From Methanothermus fervidus DSM 2088 (lineage in GTDB: Archaea; Methanobacteriota; Methanobacteria; DSM-2088; Methanothermaceae): a stretch of 32,000 nt of DNA. The position numbers and the translations under genes were made by a program. The DNA lies in NCBI GenBank assembly GCA_000166095.1, contig CP002278.1, forward strand, positions 690,001-722,000. Direction: 5' to 3'. Below the pieces are notes generated by a model. That model had not been told where the DNA came from. It saw only the letters and a list, made by a program, of their open reading frames with translations, and did no database searches. Position 1 is the first letter of the stretch, and every line of letters starts with the position of its first letter. This document shows positions 27,322 through 32,000 of the stretch, piece after piece.

Positions 27322-28284
27322 ATGAAAAAGAAAATATTTTACTTTATTTTAGCTATATTGGCAGTAGGATTTTCAATGTATTGCATTAAAACTAATTATG
27401 CACAACAAAATAATACAACTGGTTGGGTTGGTAAAGAAAAATGGATTGAAGGCAAGCCCAATGTGCTTCTACATAGTTTATCCTGTATTGTAACAGTAAC
27501 AGTAAAAAATAATGCCAACAGACCATATTATTTCAAAATTAGTCAAAGGTACACAGCAGAAGGTAGATTAAAGGAGGGAATAAAATGGGTAATTGTTGAT
27601 ACTTATCCAAAAGCAGACAAAATGATTAGGACAAGTTATACAGACCTTGGAGGAGATTATGGGTGGAGAATTGGTCCTAAAGAAACAAAGACAGTTACAT
27701 TTGTACTAGCTGCTAAAGGCCCTCTTGGAGAAGAGGGTAGTTGTATTTTACCAGAGGGCATGCTTCCTAGTAATGCATCTTGGCCACTTGTTAGTGAACC
27801 AGGTCTTTATACAAGTTGGTTTATGCCAGAAGAATTAGAATCATTGAATCCAGACTTACAAATTGTAGGATGGAGAGGTACATTTTTCTTTAAAGCTGAA
27901 AACATGGTTGATGAAGCTGTAAGTGGCATAATCAGAGCACCTATAGTACCTATAAATTCAAAGTTAGTATATAGTGATCCTCCTGCATTAATAGATAAAT
28001 CATCATTGCCTGGTTCAGAAATTGCATATTGGGATGTTAAATTTTATCCTGAAGAGACTAAGAGTTTTACATACACTTATAAATGGACTGGTAGTAAAAC
28101 CACTGTTGGAGCTTTTAAAGAAGTTACACAAGCATATCAATATCGTGCACCAATATCTAATAAAACATATCCAGGACAAACAACAGTTCCAACAAAAGAA
28201 ACAGGTGCACCACTTGCTCCATTATTACTTGGTGCATTGGCAATAGCAACTGGAGCCATATATGCAAAATTCTTTAGGCCTTAG
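27322..28284 (+). CDS. Secreted/cell-surface protein with an N-terminal signal sequence and a C-terminal hydrophobic anchor; function unknown
   Basis: MKKKIFYFILAILAVGFSMYC is a signal-like N-terminus. The C-terminus reads PTKETGAPLAPLLLGALAIATGAIYAKFFRP. Several N-x-S/T sequons are present. Confidence 0.65.
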   Translation: MKKKIFYFILAILAVGFSMYCIKTNYAQQNNTTGWVGKEKWIEGKPNVLLHSLSCIVTVTVKNNANRPYYFKISQRYTAEGRLKEGIKWVIVDTYPKADKMIRTSYTDLGGDYGWRIGPKETKTVTFVLAAKGPLGEEGSCILPEGMLPSNASWPLVSEPGLYTSWFMPEELESLNPDLQIVGWRGTFFFKAENMVDEAVSGIIRAPIVPINSKLVYSDPPALIDKSSLPGSEIAYWDVKFYPEETKSFTYTYKWTGSKTTVGAFKEVTQAYQYRAPISNKTYPGQTTVPTKETGAPLAPLLLGALAIATGAIYAKFFRP

Positions 28285-28305
28285 GCCTTAATTTTTTTCT
28301 TTTTA
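28277..28305. terminator. GGCC-TTA-GGCC mini-hairpin plus oligo-T/oligo-A tract between convergent genes (bidirectional terminator-like)
   Basis: TTAGGCCTTAGGCCTTAATTTTTTTCTTTTT is followed by an A-run that reads as a T-run on the hdrB strand. Confidence 0.35.
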
Positions 28306-28328
28306 AAAAAAATAAAAAAGGAAAAAAA

Positions 28329-29249
28329 TTATTCTCCACCAGTAATAATGTCTTGTTCTTTAAATGCTTCCTCAATTTTCTTTATTACTGGATCTACTTT
28401 AACTTGGTGAGCATCTATCACTATATCTTTAATGTCAAGTCCCATTGCAATTCCATAAAGTTGTGCTAAATGCATTACTGGAAGGTTATACTCTTCTCCA
28501 AATTTTTCTTTTATCTCTATTTGACCCCTATCGAATTGTAAGTGGCAGAATGGACATACATTCACTATTACATCAGCGCCTGCATCTAGCATATTGTTTA
28601 TTTTTTCTCTTGTATAGTCAAGAGCAACTTCTAGATCTCTGGATCTTACACCACCACCAGCACCACAACACATCATCTTATCTTTGTAATCTATTGATTT
28701 TGCACCAGTAATTTCAACAAGTTCGTCTAGTATTTTTGGATTTTCTGGATTATCAATGCCTAATTCATCGCTTGGTTTTAAGAAGTGACAACCATAATGC
28801 ACTGCAACATTGAGACCATCAAGTGGATTCACAATGAATTCTTTTAATTTATCGAGGCCCACATCATTATATAAAATTTCAGCGAGATGTCTTACCTTAA
28901 TTTTTCCTTTAAATTCTCTATTTACATTTGAAAGAATGTTATTAACTTTATTTCTCATTTCTTTATCTTCTTTTAGTAAATGATTTGCTTCAAATAATGA
29001 TCCAAAACATCCATTACACTCTGTCATTATGTCTAAACCCATTTCTTCTGCAATAGTTATGTTCCTTGCTGCAATGCTTGCCCAGGTAGTTCTATCAAAT
29101 GATCCAAAAACACCAGGTGCTGGACAACAAGATGCTCCTTTCATGTCAACTAATTCAATTCCAATTTTTTCACAAACAACTCTTGTTGCTTTTTCTATAC
29201 CAGGATACCTATTTGGCATTATACATCCAAGGAAATATGCAAACTTCAT
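28329..29249 (-). CDS. hdrB: Heterodisulfide reductase subunit B
   Basis: [23 protein letters not shown]...[15 protein letters not shown] contains duplicated CCG-type Cys motifs. Confidence 0.9.
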   Translation of the reverse strand: MKFAYFLGCIMPNRYPGIEKATRVVCEKIGIELVDMKGASCCPAPGVFGSFDRTTWASIAARNITIAEEMGLDIMTECNGCFGSLFEANHLLKEDKEMRNKVNNILSNVNREFKGKIKVRHLAEILYNDVGLDKLKEFIVNPLDGLNVAVHYGCHFLKPSDELGIDNPENPKILDELVEITGAKSIDYKDKMMCCGAGGGVRSRDLEVALDYTREKINNMLDAGADVIVNVCPFCHLQFDRGQIEIKEKFGEEYNLPVMHLAQLYGIAMGLDIKDIVIDAHQVKVDPVIKKIEEAFKEQDIITGGE

Positions 29250-29263
29250 ATTTTATCACCTTT

Positions 29264-29821
29264 TTATTCTAATTCTCCTTTTTCCCAATTAAATTTAACT
29301 AATGAATCAAATTTCGTTTGTTTTATAATCTCCTGGACTTCTTTTAAAGCTTCCTTATCTTCATGTGTTGTTGGAGGTATTTTACCAATGCCTACAGCAT
29401 CTCTTAATTTTTGTGTGGCTTCATCTATAGGAACAGCATGCCCTGTCTTTATAACATATGATGCAACAGCTCTATGACTGTCAGCCATATATCCTTCTTT
29501 AACAGCTTCATTTCTTGCCAATTTAATTGCATCCACAATTTTTACTCGCCTTGGACATCTTTCTTGACAAGTATAACAAGTTGTACACATCCAAAGTGCT
29601 GGATCTGCAAGTACTTCTTTCATCCCCATGTTTAATTTTCTTATAATTTGACGAACTTTGTAAGCTGTTCTTCTTCCTGAAGGACATGAACCAGTACATG
29701 TTCCACATTGGAAACAATATTCAACACTATCTGCACCAACTTCTTTTATTTTTTCTGCAAACTCTTTATCTATGCTATCTTCTCTTATAACTTCTTCTTC
29801 CCTTTTCTTCAATAATGTCAT
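29264..29821 (-). CDS. hdrC: Heterodisulfide reductase subunit C
   Basis: Two ferredoxin-type motifs are present (CFQCGTCTGSCP, CTTCYTCQERCP). ATG 29821 has AGGTGA upstream; the track start is a GTG inside the SD. Confidence 0.9.
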   Translation of the reverse strand: MTLLKKREEEVIREDSIDKEFAEKIKEVGADSVEYCFQCGTCTGSCPSGRRTAYKVRQIIRKLNMGMKEVLADPALWMCTTCYTCQERCPRRVKIVDAIKLARNEAVKEGYMADSHRAVASYVIKTGHAVPIDEATQKLRDAVGIGKIPPTTHEDKEALKEVQEIIKQTKFDSLVKFNWEKGELE

Positions 29822-29911
29822 GATAATCACCTATTAATGACTGATAAGCCTCAAAATATAAAGATTACTAAAAATTTTTTAGTGTACAAATTTAGGTTAT
29901 ACTAAATTTTA

Positions 29912-30121
29912 TTATAATTTTTTGATGATATCTAGTGGAACCTCAATTTTTTTAAGATTAGGTTTATAATTCTGGGCTATCCATGAGTTAACTATTGTGC
30001 AGAGAAACAATATATCATAGCCTTTTTTAACCTTTTTTAAAATTTCTTTTTCTAAACTTTCTCTATTCTCTATTTTTAATTCATAAACACTTTCAATAAC
30101 ATCTAATTCTTCTATTTTCAT
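29912..30121 (-). CDS. Small hypothetical protein (69 aa)
   Basis: The ORF overlaps the upstream gene by 4 nt (ATGA). No recognisable motifs. Confidence 0.4.
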   Translation of the reverse strand: MKIEELDVIESVYELKIENRESLEKEILKKVKKGYDILFLCTIVNSWIAQNYKPNLKKIEVPLDIIKKL

Positions 30122-30549
30122 AATTTTATTTTCTTTTTTCCTGGTTTTGGTTTTAGAGAATATACTTCTTCTACATCGACCAATATTGCAGCTTGTGGTT
30201 TAATTTTTTCTCCAAACCTTTCTTTTACCATGCTTTTTACTTCATCAAAATATTTTCCTTCTTTTATTACTGAAGCAGATCCTTTCACAAGATATCCATC
30301 ATAGTAAATTGCTGAAGCTACAGCCACTTTTGAACCATTCTCTATATTTTCCAATGTTTTTTTAGCAAAATTTATAGAAATTAGTATTTTATTTTTATTT
30401 ATAACTTTAGAAAAGCAAATTGGAGCCAGATGTGGATTTCCCTCATTATCAGTAGTTGCAACCCATATTAAGGGTTTATTCTTATCACAATATTCATTAT
30501 TAAACATTTCTATAATTTTCTTTGATAACTTAACCATCTTTGTCACCAT
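30118..30549 (-). CDS. Pyridoxamine-5'-phosphate-oxidase-like FMN/F420-binding split-barrel protein
   Basis: 143 aa. The N-terminal part reads LIWVATTDNEGNPHLAPICF and later there is GSKVAVASAIYYDGYLVKG, which is typical of the PNPOx-like fold as I recall it. Confidence 0.6.
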   Translation of the reverse strand: MVTKMVKLSKKIIEMFNNEYCDKNKPLIWVATTDNEGNPHLAPICFSKVINKNKILISINFAKKTLENIENGSKVAVASAIYYDGYLVKGSASVIKEGKYFDEVKSMVKERFGEKIKPQAAILVDVEEVYSLKPKPGKKKIKL

Positions 30550-30626
30550 AATTAGTTTAATCTTTCTTTTTAATGAATTTTTTTAATATTTTAAAAGTAA
30601 AACATGATACTGCAATAATAAAAAAT

Positions 30627-31466
30627 TTAGAGATCTTTTTCAATTTCTAAACTAAGATCTAAAGCTGGAGCTGAATGTGTTATAAATCCTAATGAAATTA
30701 CATCTACACCTGTACGTGCATAATCCTGAACTGTGTTTGGTTTAATATTTCCGGAAGCCTCTAATATAACTTTATTTCTTAGATTTCTTTTCTTTAATTC
30801 ATTAATAACCATTTTAATTTCTTTTGGAGACATATTGTCTAAAAGAATTATATCTGCCCCTAGTTTGGCAGCTAAAATTGCATCATTTATGTTTTCAACT
30901 TCAACTTCTATTTTTTTTGTAAAACTTACTTTCTTCTTCAACATTTTCATTGCCTTCTCCAATCCCACCAAGGCTAAATGATTATCCTTTATCATTGCAC
31001 AATCATCCAACCTGAATCTATGAGTGTCACCACCACCTATTTTCACTGCTAATTTTTCTAACCATTGCATGCCCGGAGTTGTTTTTCTTGTACATGCAAC
31101 TATTACTTTTGGGTTTACACTTTTAACTTTATTGACAATTTTATTTGTAATGGTAGCAATGCCACTCATTCTCATCATTATATTTAACACGCTTCTTTCC
31201 AATGTTAGAATCTTGCGTGCATTTCCTTTAATACGCATCACACATTCATCTTTAGCAACTTTTTCACCGTCATCTTTATAAGTTATACATTCTAAATTAA
31301 AATCTTTGAAAATCTCTTCAGCTATCCTAACACCAGCTATTATTCCTTCCTCTCTTGCAAGTATTTTTGCGCTAGCTTTCATATTTTTCTTGATAATTGA
31401 ATTAGTTGTAATATCTTCGACACCAATATCTTCCATTATGTATTTCTTCAAATATTCAATCATCAT
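30627..31466 (-). CDS. nadC: Nicotinate-nucleotide pyrophosphorylase (quinolinate phosphoribosyltransferase)
   Basis: EDIGVEDITT...ERSVLNIMMRMSGIAT...TRKTTPG...HRFRLDDCAMIKDNH...LLDNM. An alternative start is M11 (31436). Confidence 0.85.
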   Translation of the reverse strand: MMIEYLKKYIMEDIGVEDITTNSIIKKNMKASAKILAREEGIIAGVRIAEEIFKDFNLECITYKDDGEKVAKDECVMRIKGNARKILTLERSVLNIMMRMSGIATITNKIVNKVKSVNPKVIVACTRKTTPGMQWLEKLAVKIGGGDTHRFRLDDCAMIKDNHLALVGLEKAMKMLKKKVSFTKKIEVEVENINDAILAAKLGADIILLDNMSPKEIKMVINELKKRNLRNKVILEASGNIKPNTVQDYARTGVDVISLGFITHSAPALDLSLEIEKDL

Positions 31467-31499
31467 ATTTTAGAGATATTTTCATTGGAGGAGATATAT

Positions 31500-32000
31500 A
31501 TGATGGAAGTTGTATTTTTAGGAACATCATCTGCAGTACCTTCCAAATATAGGAATCATGCAAGTATAGCAATTAAAGGATTTGGAGAAATATTTTTATT
31601 TGATTGTGGGGAAGGTACTCAGAGGCAAATGGCAATAGCAAAAGTAAGTCCAATGAAAGTTAAAAGAATATTTATTTCACATTTACATGGAGACCATATT
31701 TTAGGCATTCCTGGTTTAATACAATCTATGGGCTTTAGAAATAGAAAGAAACCATTAACTATATATGGACCACCAGGTATTAAAGAAGTAAAGGAAGCAA
31801 TGATGAAACTTGGTGAATTTTCTATTGATTTTGACATTAATGTAAAGGAAATTAAAAATGAAGGAATAGTATTTGAAAATGAAAAATACAAAATAGAATG
31901 TATTAAAACAAAACATACTACTGAAAACTATTCCTATTCTATCGAAGAGAAAAAAAGACCACGGTTTTTAAGAGAGAAAGCAATAAAATTAGGAGTGAAA
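31500..32000 (+). CDS. rnz: Ribonuclease Z (tRNA 3' endonuclease), 5' part; continues beyond the window
   Basis: My own translation reads MMEVVFLGTSSAVPSKYRNHASIAIK...FDCGEGTQRQ...ISHLHGDHILGIPGL (HxHxDH). SD GGAGGAG lies at 31486-31492. The frame is open to the window end. Confidence 0.8.
   Translation, partial: MMEVVFLGTSSAVPSKYRNHASIAIKGFGEIFLFDCGEGTQRQMAIAKVSPMKVKRIFISHLHGDHILGIPGLIQSMGFRNRKKPLTIYGPPGIKEVKEAMMKLGEFSIDFDINVKEIKNEGIVFENEKYKIECIKTKHTTENYSYSIEEKKRPRFLREKAIKLGVK

Noticed and set aside
1-32000. Mobile elements, CRISPR arrays, defence or toxin-antitoxin systems, selenocysteine recoding
   Set aside because: No transposase, integrase or Cas-like ORFs were seen, and no spaced direct repeats. 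There are no in-frame stops in the FdhA-like or MvhA genes (Cys-type). Apart from the 60-bp mvhD inverted repeat, I found no long repeats.

Overview
This is an AT-rich, gene-dense archaeal segment from a hydrogenotrophic methanogen. I count 37 CDS, two of them cut by the window edges, and only three intergenic gaps exceed 200 bp. All family calls come from recalled motifs; no searches were possible.

The centre (11-30 kb) is a hydrogen/methane core-metabolism supercluster:
- hmd ([Fe]-hydrogenase).
- A 508-aa Cys-rich conserved protein.
- A minus-strand formate-dehydrogenase-like (Flp-type) module: truncated FdhA-like, FdhB-like and a second MvhD.
- Divergent from that module, mvhDGAB ([NiFe] hydrogenase plus a 12-cluster polyferredoxin).
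- mrtBDGA, a methyl-CoM reductase operon without mcrC (the isoenzyme II layout).
- hdrCB about 3 kb further on.

The mvhDGAB-mrtBDGA order, the low G+C and the K/E/I-rich proteins suggest a thermophilic member of the Methanobacteriales, possibly Methanothermus-like. That is inference only.

The flanks carry housekeeping and poorly characterised archaeal genes:
- Left flank: Rqc2/NFACT homologue, GTPase/DUF2073-like/Zn-ribbon triad, UPF0173 hydrolase, translin-like protein, exported PIG-L deacetylase, soluble P-type-ATPase-like HAD protein, MBF1, CrcB and a DUF190-like protein.
- Right flank: CooT-like protein, Dut-like protein, HisG, a surface protein, NadC and RNase Z.

I saw no rRNA, tRNA, CRISPR array, transposase, integrase or obvious defence island.

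Most interesting observations:
1. A perfect 60-bp inverted repeat lies inside the two divergent mvhD paralogues, although the flanking synonymous sites are saturated. This looks like a gene-conversion tract or a potential inversion substrate.
2. The Flp module has an FdhA-like subunit that lacks the catalytic Cys/Sec region and the C-terminal half. It may be an alternative electron-input module for heterodisulfide reductase.
3. hmd has an unusually long, G+C-enriched, hairpin-rich leader, with a 39-codon uORF ending on the hmd start codon.
4. A CooT-like Cys2 mini-protein sits tail-to-tail with mrtA.
5. The GTPase/DUF2073-like/Zn-ribbon triad is tightly coupled and uncharacterised.

Most of the window is ordinary core genome, and I did not find a clear-cut new system beyond these leads.
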